A stretch of DNA of 64,000 nucleotides from Amphiscolops sp. MND2022 (lineage: Eukaryota): NCBI GenBank assembly GCA_964187785.1, contig OZ076409.1:72418001-72482000 (forward strand), read 5' to 3'. Of this stretch, positions 24,308-37,564 are shown in pieces (the first letter of the stretch is position 1; every line of letters begins with the position of its first letter). Below the pieces are notes generated by a model. The model saw only the letters and a program-made list of their open reading frames with translations. It was not told where the DNA came from and ran no database searches. The position numbers were made by a program, and so were the translations under genes.

Positions 24308-26483
24308 GTGGAGGTTATTATATATCAATTAAAGTGTTTTTTTTCCGGAGTTTGTGGCTTTGGAAAAAACAAAAGGCGAGAAATTGGGCACTCCAGGCTG
24401 AACCTAAAAACACCCTAAAATTGGCCCGATTTTTTTACGATCTCGAAACCCAGCCGTACGATTTGGCTGAAAATTTGCATGTGGCTTCTAATCAATGAGT
24501 AATGAAAAAGTGTAGGAGTGACTTTTCCTGAAAAAATTGTTTTTGTTGCACTTTTTGCGCAATTTTTGACCGATTGTTGCGTTTTTTATGTCACTTTTGA
24601 CTTTTCAGGCAAAAAACTCATGGATGCTTTGATCCTAGCGCATCAAATGTTTCGACCAAAAAGTTGCAGCATTTTCTTTTACGTATGTTGAGAAAATTTG
24701 GTTGCCATCGTATTACCCCCCGCTGAGATAGAGGGGAACTTCCGGTGGAATTTAGGACCCTAAAAACGAGGACATCCTAAATTTCAGCATGAAGCGGTAG
24801 TTTTAGCGTGCTCATACCCTGCTGAAACTTTGTTGGCCATAATGAGATAGTCATGATATCATCTGTTCAGTTCACCCCCCATCACCCCCTGGACCGGAAG
24901 TGAACTTTTTTGTGCACTATCATACCGGAAGTCTCCATATTCATCGTTAAGCAGTCCTTGTACGAGCAACTACCGGGACATCAAAATTGAAGTACCACCT
25001 GAGGTCAACATAGTGACTACGTGTTGTCCAGTCATAGGTTCCGCTATGACCGGAAATGGGGTCAAAAGCCCCTATTTTGGTTGTTTTTTTAACAATTTTA
25101 CTAGTGTTTGGTCCACATTCAAGTCGCGTAAGTCAATTGAATCAGTGTGAGCAAAAACTGTATGTTCACTGCGTAGACGTAACTGACACTGACAGATACC
25201 GGAAGTAACCCCCCGTGACCGGAAGTTGTCATTTTCGACCGGAAATGGTCCAAAATGTAGCGTAAAACTAGTTTTTTAGTGCTTTTTAAAGTCAACTTAT
25301 TACTTTTTCAATCTCCGCGAGCTTGTATTCAGGTTCGTTTTTGTTACCCGTGCACTTTGCAACAAATATACATCTGTAAACTTTTCTCTATAATATCGTC
25401 GGATAGAGAAATAACGTGTTTTTGGGACTTTTTTCAAAAATATTAGACTATATCTGTCATTTTTACTCAAAGTTTTTCAACAGTACAACCACAGTGGTTA
25501 GTCTCTGCCCAAATTTTTGCCTAACAAAACTATTTGGCCCATTGGCTTCAGTTTGAGCGTTCCAGCTTTGCGTGATCATAAGCTAAAGGACTTGAAAAAT
25601 TTTCAAACTTTTTTCAAAAAAAACTTCTCACATTCATATCTCCCAAAGTGAAGAAACTTCCACACAATTAGGATTGCAAGTGGATGCATGTGGCAAGCCC
25701 TATAATTGAAGAGAAAAATGCCGCTTAGAACGTCTCTTTATCGTAAATTGACGTTAACGTATGGTGTTTGAATGAGAGCTTGATAAGAGGTCGAGAAGTC
25801 AAAGTGTGTAAATGGAACGTATGTCTCGTCGAAAACTCACCGGAATTTATGCAATGAACCCCAATTGTTTTAAATTGCAGTTGCCTACTGCAACAACGTC
25901 TTTTTGGTACATTTACCCATTTTCATAAGTGTCAAAATTATTTTTGAATTCAGTTAGCAAGAAACACTTGAGTACATTTTCATCTCTCCCAAGCGGGTGA
26001 GATGAGAATGTTCTTGCTAAATGCCAGGTACTACGGCCCACTTTTGTTTTAATGCGACGCATTCTCTGCTTTAGCACATAGATAGTTTATTTTGCGATTT
26101 TTTGTATACTCTCTGACTTGTTATTATAAACTTCTCTTCATTACTTTATATGAATTTACATCCATAATACGTTATCGTCAACGCCACATACTTTTAGGCG
26201 CCCACCATTCCGTAGGTATGTCGAGGCATACCTTTCGATTACCTATGTCAAAACGCAAACGCGATAAAAAGTGCTGAAATTCTGAAACAGTGACAAACAA
26301 TTTTGATTATTTGACATATGGTAGGTTTTTATATGAAACGTACACATCACTGACATTTCACAACATTCCAGCTGACGCCCACATACCAATGTCAACGCCC
26401 ACCGTCCGTGGGCATGCCGAGGCATGCCCTTCGACGACGTATGCCAATTTTGTATATCTAAACCCAATTGCGGTAGCCGCTAG
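24308..26483 (+). mobile_element. Unit U10, 2176 bp, same family as U9
   Basis: Same head as U9, colinear but diverged body. Relic hairpin 26214-26233, intact hairpin 26410-26429. Confidence 0.8.
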
Positions 26484-26506
26484 GTGGGCGGGGGTAATTC
26501 CCCAAC

Positions 26507-28496
26507 CTAGCTGCTACCGCGGTAGTGACCGCGGGCTAACGCTATATTTGGCATACGTCGTCGAAGGGCATGCCTCGGCATGCCCACAGACTGTGGGCGT
26601 CGCTACACTATGTGGCGTTGTAATGAGGACACTGCGAGGTCGTAGGGGGTGGGTGGCGATGGTAACGGTAAATAAAGGTAAAGTTAAACTTCCTAAAGGT
26701 TACAAATATGTTTTATATCATTTATTTGTACTTTTTGTTTGCAAAAAAAAACGAAAATTGTTATGAAAATCATAGGTTCTTATCAAACACTGAATCCAAT
26801 TGTTAGCTGACCTGATGGAAGGAACTCACGACATGATCGAATCACGAAGTGAAGCATCGACAGCAATATCCTATAAACAAATGGTATTTTTGTTGACAGT
26901 TTTTTGATGTGACAGCCTTCCCAAGTTGACACAAGGCCAACTTGAAAGGCTATCACAATGTTCAGTTAACAGATACTTGAAAAAAATGCAAAACTTGTCC
27001 AACCAGGATCGTAGAAAAAGCACATGTCAGCATTGTGAATGGCATTTTCAATCATTTTGGGTCCGTAAGGTCGCGTTAGAAGTATTTAAAGAGATTTTAG
27101 GCGCAACCATTGCGATTCTATCCCAGCAAAATCGCGTATTTTTTAGTTTCAGTTTTTTTTCCTGCTACAAATGTAACACATTTGAAAGGAGTTATTTCGG
27201 AAAACGAAAGAGATGAAAGTTTCTGATCAACCACAGGGTTCATCTGTATTGTAACCTTTGAATAAAGTAATTGAAAGTATTTTGTCAAGTTAGTTTTTCC
27301 AGATAATGGGCTAAAATTTTTGGAAAATACAGTAGTATATGGGAAAAAAATGTCTCATACACCCCCTTGAGCAGGCCGATTACTTCAAAAACCTCATTAT
27401 AGTGCTGAAACTCATCCTATGCACTCTGTGTACATAGTGATTGACGAAAATGAGTAATTTTTTGCTGAAATTACATTTCACTGTGATCCCAGGCTTGCGA
27501 GATGTTTAACTCAATTGAGACGTATTGCTCAAAATAACGTCTTATCGCGGCTCTTATGATATAGGAGCCATTGGTACCAGTCCCAATCGTATTTTTGAGT
27601 ATCATGGAGCCCACTGGTTACGTCAGAGTAAAAAATTTTGCTTTAATAGCTGAATTTCAATTTTCGACCTGACAAAAAATGGGTATTTGGTTCGAAAACA
27701 TTCTAAGTTAAGTTCCGAATGTCTGAAAAATGACTGAAGACCGGGTGAAAAAATTTTTTTAATACTTTTTCTTACTATAAATGGTTCCTACGTTGCCAGT
27801 AGGACCGTTCGTGATCATTCAGACTATATCCGACATGCCTGGACCAAAATTTTATGTTTAAAATGACCACTATGTAATTTAATACTAAATCATGAATACC
27901 TTGTGAAACGCTTATGACCTCGAAAAAATTTTTTATTTCACATTGGATGCAAACTGTTGGGTGTTTGGCTGCGAGTAGGTTCCGACAGAAACCATGGATA
28001 CCAAGGTTTCCAATTTAAAGCAAATAAAAATTTTTTTCTGAGGTGTTTTTGACATATGGGGTACTGATAGTAGTGAAAAAAATTTCAAAAATGTCGAATT
28101 TTCAAAAAACGTAAAAACTTTACATCTTTTGTGTTCAGTCCAATGCCCCAGCCACGAAATGAAGGTTCCAAGCTTGTTTCACAGTCAAAGTCCAAAAATT
28201 AACACATTTTGAGTTATCAGCGACTTTGTTAAAATTTTCCTCATTTTACCCTTCTAGGTGAATGACAAATCGGCCATAACTTTTTATAAAACATTTACAT
28301 CGCAAAACGTCAGCAGGAACTTCGTCTCGTATGGCCATTTCAGGGCCGCATGCAAAAAATGGTGAAATTCGTATGGTTAAATAAAAAAATAGCTCGTTTG
28401 ACATGCCGTTTTCTACTAGGAGGATTTTGATTTTGGACGGCCGGCAGGACCCGACCCGCCGGCCGAATTTTTTGTTGGGGAATTACCCCCGCCCAC
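26507..28496 (-). mobile_element. Unit U12, complete family S element in reverse orientation (1990 bp)
   Basis: Minus strand reads GTGGGCGGGGGTAATTCCCC...GTAGCAGCTAG. Closely related to U1/U21. Confidence 0.92.
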
Positions 28497-30708
28497 TAAA
28501 AAATCGGCCGGCGGGTCGGGTCCTGCCGGCCGTCCAAAATCAAAATCCTCCTAGTAGAAAACGGCCGGTCAAACGAGCTATTTTTTTATTTAACCGTTAG
28601 AATTTGGGTTTAGATTGCATGCGGCCATGAAATGGCCATACGAATGGAAGTTCCTGCTGACGTTTTGCGATTGAAACACTTTATAAAAAGTTATGGCCAA
28701 TTTGTCATTCACCTAGAAGGGCAAAATGAGGAAAATTTTAACAAAGTCACTGATAACTCAAAATGTAATAATTTTTGGACTTTGACAGTGAAACAAGCTT
28801 GGAACTGTCATTTCGTGGCTGTGGCATTGCACTGAACACAAAAGATGTAAAGTTTTCACATTTTTTGAAAATTCGACATTTTTGAATTTTTTTTCACTAC
28901 TATCAGTACACTATATGTCAAAAACGCCTCTGATAAAAATTTTTATTTGCTTAAAATTAGAAACCTTGGTATCCATGGTTTCCGTCAGTACCTACTCGCT
29001 GCCAAACGCTCAACAGTTTGCATCCAATGTGAAAATATAATTTTTTTCGAGGTCATAGGTGTTTCACAAGGATTTCTCAACTTAGTATCTATTTACAAAT
29101 TGGTCATTTTGAACACATTATTTTCATCGAAGCGTGTCAGATACCACCCTAATGCTCACGAATGGGCCTACTGGCAACGTTGGAACCATTTTTAGTAATA
29201 GAAAGTATTAAAAAAATATTTTCACCCGGTCTTCAGTCATTTTTCAGACATTCGGTACTTAACTTAGAAAAATTTCGCATCAAAAACCCATATTTGGTAG
29301 GGTCGAAATTTGAAATTCAGTTTTTTATGCAAAATTATTAACTCTGACGTAACCAGTGGAGCCCATGATACTCAAAAACACGATTGGGACTGGTATCAGT
29401 GGCTCCAATAACATATGAGCCGCGATAAGACGTTATTCAGAGCAAACGCTCTAAATCGAAGTAAACATCTCTGAAGCCTGGGATCACAGTGAAATGTGAT
29501 ATCACCAAAAGTTTACTCTTTTTTGTCAATCACTATGTACACAGAGTGCGTAGGGTGAGTTTCAGGACTATAATGAGGTTTTTGAAGTAATCGCGCTGCT
29601 CAAGGGGTGGTATGAGACTATTTTTTCCCATATACTACTACATTTCCATAAATTTGCAGTCCATTGTCTTGGAAAGATAACTTCACAAAAACAATTTTTC
29701 TACTCTATTCAGTTATTAGAATAAAGTTGAACACTGTGGTTGATCAGAAATGCTCAATTCTTTTGGTTTTTAAAAAAATTCCTTCGCATTCGTTACATTT
29801 GTGGAAGGAAGGTTATCAGTAGCTCCAAAAAAACGAAATTTAGCACGAACAGACATGCAACGATGCAAAGCAAAAACGTTTTTACAACTTCCGACGTCAT
29901 TATTTTACCCAAGAAGTTCGAAAATATCATTCGCAATGCTGTCATTCGCTATATATACGCTCGCGGTCAATTTACAAACATTTAGATTTCATTGTTCTGC
30001 TTGAAAACCAATTTTTGTCAGGTCGAAATTTTAAATTTTGCCTGGGGAGCAATACCCTTCACGCTGAAGTAAACAGTGGGGCCCAAGTTACTCAAAAACA
30101 AGAAAGAGACTGCTACAATATGTCCTAATAACATATGGACCACGATAGTACGTTTTTCACACAAAAAACTCTCATCCGAAGTAAATATGTTGAAAGCTTT
30201 TAATCACCGTGAGAAGTGATTTCATCAAAAAATAACTCTTTTTTGTCAATCACTGTTTACACAGAATTTGTAAAGTTAGTTTGAGTCATGAAATGAGGCT
30301 TTACCGTAATATGGGTTGCTCAAGGTGTTATATAAGACAAAAACTTCCTCTTTTCTACTAGCTTCTTCAAATATTTCAACCCTTTGTCACAATAAGTTAA
30401 TATTCAAAATCTCTTTGAAATGTATCTTTATGTTGGGGTGAAGTCTAAGAACAATAACTATGATCGAAGAATGCTAGTACTGGTGTTTGAACCATGTCCG
30501 GATGAACAAATCACAAAATCATCAAAAAATTGTTCCCTTTTTTGGTTATTTTGGCAGTACTAAAAATGTTAGCCGATAAATAATTTTTTCGATGGCACCA
30601 TTGGATTCCTCTCAAAAAGTTGGTTATATGACCTGTGTAATAACCCCGTATCTTTTCAATTTAAATATATTTAAAAAGCCAACTATTTTGACCAAAATCC
30701 TAAAAATC

Positions 30709-32040
30709 ATACCATTTCCTAAAAATTTTCAAATGCACCCCATTTGACGTATAAGATAAGCACAGAAAACTATCATATACCGATCAACTCTACTCCTATT
30801 GTAGATTATTAGAATTTTGTTTAGAATGAATTTTGATGAATATTAAAAAAATTTTGAACCCTCCAAAAATGGGCCAAAATTACACGAAAAAATTGACCTT
30901 AAAATACCAAAATGTCAAAAAATCATCAAAACCCAGGCTTCTTGGGGTTCTATCAACTCCGCGTGGTCCACAGAGTATGCTAAAACAGGTTTTACCCGTT
31001 TTTGAGCAATATGTGAAAAAACCGACATTTTTGGGAAAGAAAAACATACCATTTCCTAAAAAAATTCAAATGCACGTCATTTGCCGTATTGGAATAGCAC
31101 AGAAAACTATCACATACCAATCAACTCTACTTTCATTGCAGATGAACAGAATTTTGTTTAGAATAAATTTTACCGGATAATAAAAAAATTTGAATACTTC
31201 AAAAATGGGCCAAAAATACACGAAAAAATGGACCTTAAAAATTAAAATGTCAAAAAATCATCAAAACAACAGCTTCTTGGGGTTCTATCAACTCCACGAG
31301 GTCCACAGAGTATGCTAAAACAGGTTTTACCCGTTTTTGAGCAATATGTGAAAAAGCCGACATTTTTGGGAAAGAAAAACATACCATTTCCTAAAAAAAT
31401 TCAAATGCACGCCATTTGCCGTATGAAAATAGCACAGAAAACTATCACATACCAATCAACTCTACTTTCATTGCAGATGAACAGAATTTTGTTTAGAATA
31501 AACTTTACCGGATAATAAAAAAATTTGATTCCTTCTAAAATGGGCCAAAATTACACGAAAAAATGGACCTTAAAATTTTAAAATGTCAAAAAATCATCAA
31601 AACCACGGCTTCTTGGGGTTCTATCAACTCCACGTGGTCCACAGAGTATGCTTAACCCGGTTTTACCCATCTTTGAGCAAAATGTGAAAATACCGACATT
31701 TTTGGAAAAGAAAAACATGCCATTTTCTAATAAATTTCAAATGCACGCCATTTGCTGTATGAGAATAACACAGAAAGCTGTCACATACCGATCAACTCTA
31801 CTTCCATTGTAGATTATCAGAAGTTTGTTTAGAATAAATTTTGAAGGATAATAAAAAAATTTGAATCCATCAAAAATGGGCCAAAATTACACGAAAAAAT
31901 TGACCTTAAAATATCAAAATGTCAAAAAATCATCAAAACCACAATTTCTTGGCGTTCTATCAACTCCATATGATACCAAACCAGGTACTGCCAATCGTTT
32001 GAGTTATAATAAAAAAACGTCTTTTTTGGCAAGAATTCCA
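30709..32040 (+). repeat. Internal tandem repeat, 4 x ~336 bp
   Basis: Same monomer and copy number as in U5. Confidence 0.9.
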
Positions 32041-33232
32041 TACCATAAATAATAATCATGTTCCATATAAGAAGCGAATCATTTCAGATATATACCCTGT
32101 TCATTTTTTTAATATTACCGATTATTAATTTTATAGATGTTTTGAATGTGAGCTTCCTAAAAGGTTCAGGTGTGATGATACGTAAATAGAACCTTAGTTT
32201 CATCGAAATCTCAATTGAATATGTCCAATCTTAACCATCAGATAACAAGAAACACTTAAGTACATTCCATCTCCCCATCGGGGGAGATGAGAATGTACTT
32301 TCGAGAAGCCAAATACGTCCAACATTCAAACTTTTGTAACTTTGTATGTAACTCCTGAAACGAAGAAGGAATAAAATTGTTTCTGGTACATACATGAGTC
32401 TTTACTTCAGCTTCTATTTCTGCTGAACAAAACCATTCGACTCTTTTACCGGAGTTAAGATCGATTGTTTTACCCAGTGAACAAAGGCATGACTGAAAAC
32501 GTTTACTACTTTGTTCATAATTTTCCGGCCTTCCGAAATGATGAAACGTCCACATAACTAAGATAGCAAGTGAATGACTGCGAAATGCACCTTATTAGAT
32601 GAGGTAAATAACGTGTAAAACTCTCCTTTATCCTAACATGAGGTTGAGTAATGATCATTTGAGAATAGTTTGATATGTGAATACAATAGTATAAAACAAG
32701 TACATTTTATATGAATAACGCCGTGGAAAGCGTTCAGAAAGGACAGTAGGCTTGTTTGGAACATGTATGTGTGGTGTCCCTTGGTGGCGTTCGCTTAGTG
32801 TATATGTCGAGGGGTATTCGAGTTGTTATGATAGAATTTACACACAAGTCTTTTGTTTTTTGGTTTTTTTACAATGTCGTTAAGTACCTGCATTCTATCC
32901 CCTTCTCAGAGATGACGTGAAGTTACGTTTGCTAAATAAATGTCATCGAAAGATCACACTCCCGACGAAATTAACTATCTTAACACGTGTTTAGAATTTT
33001 AAATAAACAACCGTATAAGATTTTTATATTTCATTGAGTTTGATGAAGTCTTTTGTTCTTCTCACTACTATTTCAACCAATACACATATCCGTTACCATA
33101 TCACATGTCTCCATTAGTACAACGCCACATAGCGTTCCGACGCCCACAGTCTGTGGGCATGCCGAGGCATGCCCTTCGACGACGTATGGCAAATGGAGCC
33201 ATGCCCGCCGTCTTTACGGCGGTAGCGGCTAG

Positions 33233-35214
33233 GTGGGCGGGGGTAATTCCCCTTCAAAAAATTCGGCCGGCGGGTTGGGTCCTGCCGGACGTCAAATAGT
33301 GTGAAACATCCAGTAGGAAACGGCGACATAAATCAGCGATTTTAAAATTTAACCGTTAGAATTCGGACTTGGAGTGCATGCGGCCCCAAAATGCCCATAC
33401 GAATCGAAGTCCCTGCTGACGTTAAGCGATAAAAACACTTTATAAAAAGTTATGGCCCATTTTACGTTCACTTAGAGAGGTAAAATGAGGAAAATTCTAA
33501 CAAAGTTGCTGATAACTCAAAATACATTAATTTTTGGACTTTGACTGTGAAACAAGCTTGGAACCTTCATTTCGTGGCTGTGGCATTGCACTGAACACAA
33601 AAGATGTAAAGTTTTTACATTTGTTGAAAATTCGACATTTTTGAAATTGTTTTCACTACTATCAGTACCCCATATGTCAAAAACGCCTCAGAAAAATATT
33701 TTTATTTGCTTTAACTTGGAAACCTTGGTATCCATGGTTTCTGTCGGAACCTACTCGCAGCCAAACACCCAACAGTTTGCATCCAATGTGAAAATAAAAA
33801 TTTTTTCGGGGTCATAAGCGTTTCACAAGGATTTCTCAACTTAGTATTAATTTACAAATTGGTCATTTTGAACACACTATTTTCATCGAGGCTTGTCGGC
33901 TATAGCCCTAATGTTCTAGAACGGTCCCACTGGCAACGTAGGAACCATTTATAGTAATAGAAAGTTTTAAAAAAATATTTTCACCCGGTCTTCAGTCATT
34001 TTTCAGTCATTCGGAACTTAACTTAGAAAAATTTCGACCAAAATACCCATTTTTTGTCAGGTCGAAAATTCAAAATCAGATTTTTAAGCAAAATTATTAA
34101 CTCTGACGTAACCCATGGGGCCCATGATACTCAAAACAACGATTGACACTGGTATCAATGGCTCCAATAACATATGAGTCGCGATAAGACGTTATTTTGA
34201 GCAATACGTCTCAATTGAGGTAAAGATCTCGCAAGCCAGCGATCACTGTAAAATGCGATTTCATCAAAAATTTACCCATATTTGTCAATCACTATGTGCA
34301 CAGAATGCGTAGGGTGCGTTTCAGCATTATAATGAGGTTTTTGAAGGCATCGAGTTGCTCAAGGGGTGGTATGAGACATTTTTGTCCCATATACTACTGT
34401 ATTTTCCAAAATTTTTAGCCCAATATCTGGAAATACAAACTTGACAAAATACTTTCAACTACTTTATTCAAAGGTTACATTATAGATGAACACTGTGGTT
34501 GATCAGAAACTTTCATCTCTTTCGTTTTCCGAAATATTTCCCTTCGCATGTGTTATATTTGTAGCAGAAAAAAATCAAAACTGAAAAGTACGCTATTTTG
34601 GTAATATAGAATCGCAATGGTTGTGCCTAAAAACTCTTTAAACACTTCTAACGCAACCTTACGCACCCAAAACGATCGAAAATGCTATTCACAATGGTGA
34701 CATGTGCTCTTTCTACGATCCTGGCTGAACAAGGTTTGCATATTTTTCAAGTACCTGTCAGCTGAATCTTGTGATAGCCTTTTAAGTTGGCCTTGTGTCA
34801 ACTTGGGAAGGCTATCACATCAAACAACCATCAACAAAAATAGTTTTTGTTTATTGGATAATACAGTCGATACGTTTTTTCGTGATTCTATACTACCGTT
34901 AGTACATTCCATCAGGTCACCTTACGATTGCATTCACTCTTTGATAAAAACATATGAACTCAAAGTCACATTTATATACTTTTGGCCCAACAAAATTATC
35001 AAAAACATCTAAAACTTATAAAATAAAGTCTTTCACATTTTTACGTTTCAAGTTTCAACCGTTATTAAGCCAATCAACGTCCTAGAGCCACATCCTGTCA
35101 TACTGTACAACGCCACATAGTGTTGCGACGTGCACAGTCTGTGGGCATGCCGAGGCATGCCCTTCGACGACGTATGCCGAATACCGCGGGCCTACGCCCG
35201 CGCTCCCCGGCTAG
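33233..35214 (+). mobile_element. Unit U13, family S (1982 bp)
   Basis: Head as U4, tail as U3. Confidence 0.85.
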
Positions 35215-36285
35215 GTGGTCAAGGGGGATGCCCATCAGAAAATATTGCGAGGCCGGGGAGGGTCCCGAGAGCCGAGCACATTCTATCAATTCCTACCTTC
35301 AGGATTGCGAAGTATTTTAACCGATCTCGAAATTCACCCGTAGGATTTGTCTGAAACTTTGCATGTGGCTTAATCTCCAAAATTTAAGAACTTTTTTCCT
35401 CTGACGTTTTTCCAGGAAAATTCATTTTGTAAGGTTTTTTTGCGTTTTTTTGGTTTTTTTCATCTTTTTTCATCTTTGATTAATCAATGACCGAATCAAA
35501 GGCCATTTTCACCATGAAGGAAAACCCGTAGCGGCAAAGTGCACTTTTATGAAAATCATCAACGGTCAACGGTCTTTCGAACGGTCCAAAAAAATTTCCC
35601 CCCCGGGGGGGACCAAAGTGCCGAAAAGTGCCAAATTTATTTTTTTGACTGAATCACTTCGATCAAATTGATGATTTGAGCAGCCGGAACGGTCCGCACG
35701 GTCTCGGACAATAAGGTCAAAAATTAGCAGCATCCAATGGGGGTTCCAAAAATGTAATTTGTTCACCTGTAGGAGACATCAGAAAAAAGTTGATTTTTTT
35801 GAGTTTTGGCATTATGACTGATCGGATGATAAATCATTGCATCACGTTGAGTTGCATTTGGTGCAGCAAACGAAGCAGCTGCAGCGAACTTGAGACTGCT
35901 TAGGGGGCTGGGGTTTACTATCTGTAACAAGCAAAATAACCCTTGGGCATAAGGTATGCCAAAAAATGCCTCAAAGTGTTTATTAAGTTTTTGCAAATCG
36001 GCTAGCAAAATTCATTGTCACCGGTGTTCCGAGGGTTGCGCAGCATCTCGCGGGAACAACGGTGCTTGTTTCGAACGCAAAACCCAACATACCTCTTTGG
36101 TGACGTGACGGAGGTCACCATTGGCCTTTTTCAAGAGTGTGATGATATTTTTATCGTTGAATTGTGATGAACATACACAAAAGATTTAGCGTGGGATATT
36201 TGTTTGTGTCATACTTCAGTAACAAACTTTCAACCGTTTTGTTTAGGCCTCTACCTAGCAGTGCTCTAAATCGCTCCATCGCTAG
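35215..36285 (+). mobile_element. Unit U14, unique 1071 bp element lacking the GGCATGCC tail
   Basis: Bounded by CTAGGTGG on both sides. Has the head hairpin (CGGG-gagggt-CCCG) and the CCGTAGGATTTGTCTGAAACTTTGCATG block. Confidence 0.7.
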
Positions 36286-37564
36286 GTGGTCGTTAGCATG
36301 GGATTTTCTTTATGAGCGTAGTCCACTTTTTTTAGGCCGGGGTAGGGTCCCGGGCCGTTACCAATTTCTTACGGAGGAAAAATGTGAAAATCTGCGAGTT
36401 TAAAAAATTGGCCCGTACGATTTGGCTGAAAATTGGCATACAGCATCGTCTTGGTAAACAAATGACTTTGTCCTAGTGACATTTTGCCCAGAAAATTCAA
36501 AAAGTTGGTCAAATTGAAAATTTTTTGACCGTCTAAGGCTAAAATTTGACTTTTTCGCTTTTTTTGGTCAATTTCCTCAGAACTGGTTGATTTTGGTGAA
36601 GTAAGTCATAAGAGGTTATAAGGTCTGCAAATAGCCATCAATTGGCTTGCATAATCAGATTTTGTCAAAAGTGTTTAGTTTTTTCAAAATTTCACACTTT
36701 TTTTTCATTTCAGTGTTTTTTGATACAATTTATTGAATTTTTACTAAGTTCCACTAAATATTTTTAAAATGTTTTTAAAAAACCTTTTTTTGCACGTTTT
36801 TGATGTTTTTTGCTCTCCCATATAGGTTTTCGCATACGGGGAACCTGAATCTGACAACGAAATAATTTTATTCCGCAGTTCAACTTACGCCATTTTTAAT
36901 AGTGAAAAATCACTCATTTTCAATCTAACGAGTGAAAATATCAGAATTTAAAAACCTAAAGTTGAGTTTAAGGCGACTTACAGGTAGAAACAAATGCTCA
37001 GAAACAAACTGATTTCTTGTATTAGCTAAAGAAAGCCTTTAAAATTCTTTTTACTTTCTTTAAATCAAAATTCGACACTTTTCATGAAATTTGTCAGTGG
37101 AAAAAATTTATCATTTTTTTAAATTAAAAACTTGCTTTGTTGGTCATTTCCGTTAGTCATTAGTAGCTGTGTAATGCTCCAAAGCCTTTCAAGTTCTTTT
37201 GACCCTATTTGAAAGTTTTTGATACTGCATAATCAATCCGAGAGAACGAAACAGTTGTGTACATTCCATCTCCCTCTTGGGGGAGATGAGAATGTACTTC
37301 CTAAAGTCCAGGTACTACAGATCATATTTGGTTTTATGCGACGCCCTCTATGCTAGTGCATATAAATACAAGTTGTTTGGCTGGATTTTGCTTCTGACTT
37401 GACGTATACTGTACGTTTGGTACTGACAATACCCATCATTTACATAACAAACGTCAACGCCACATACCCTTACCAACGCCCATAGTCCGTAGGCATGCCG
37501 AGGCATGCCTTTCGACGACGCGCGCCAAACACAAGCGCGCCCGCACTTTTGCGGTAGCGGCTAG
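36286..37564 (+). mobile_element. Unit U15, very AT-rich 1279 bp element
   Basis: Head hairpin 36335-36356, GTACATTC hairpin 37259-37297, tail hairpin 37491-37510. Confidence 0.78.

Larger units (their letters stand above)
26484..33232 (+). mobile_element. Unit U11, family L (4759 bp net), interrupted after 23 bp by inverted U12
   Basis: 26484-26506 plus 28497-33232 reconstitutes a near-identical copy of U5. Confidence 0.88.

Noticed and set aside
26290..26766. Longest ORF (158 aa)
   Set aside because: It is an artefact of reading across a tail, a 23 bp head and the inverted tail.
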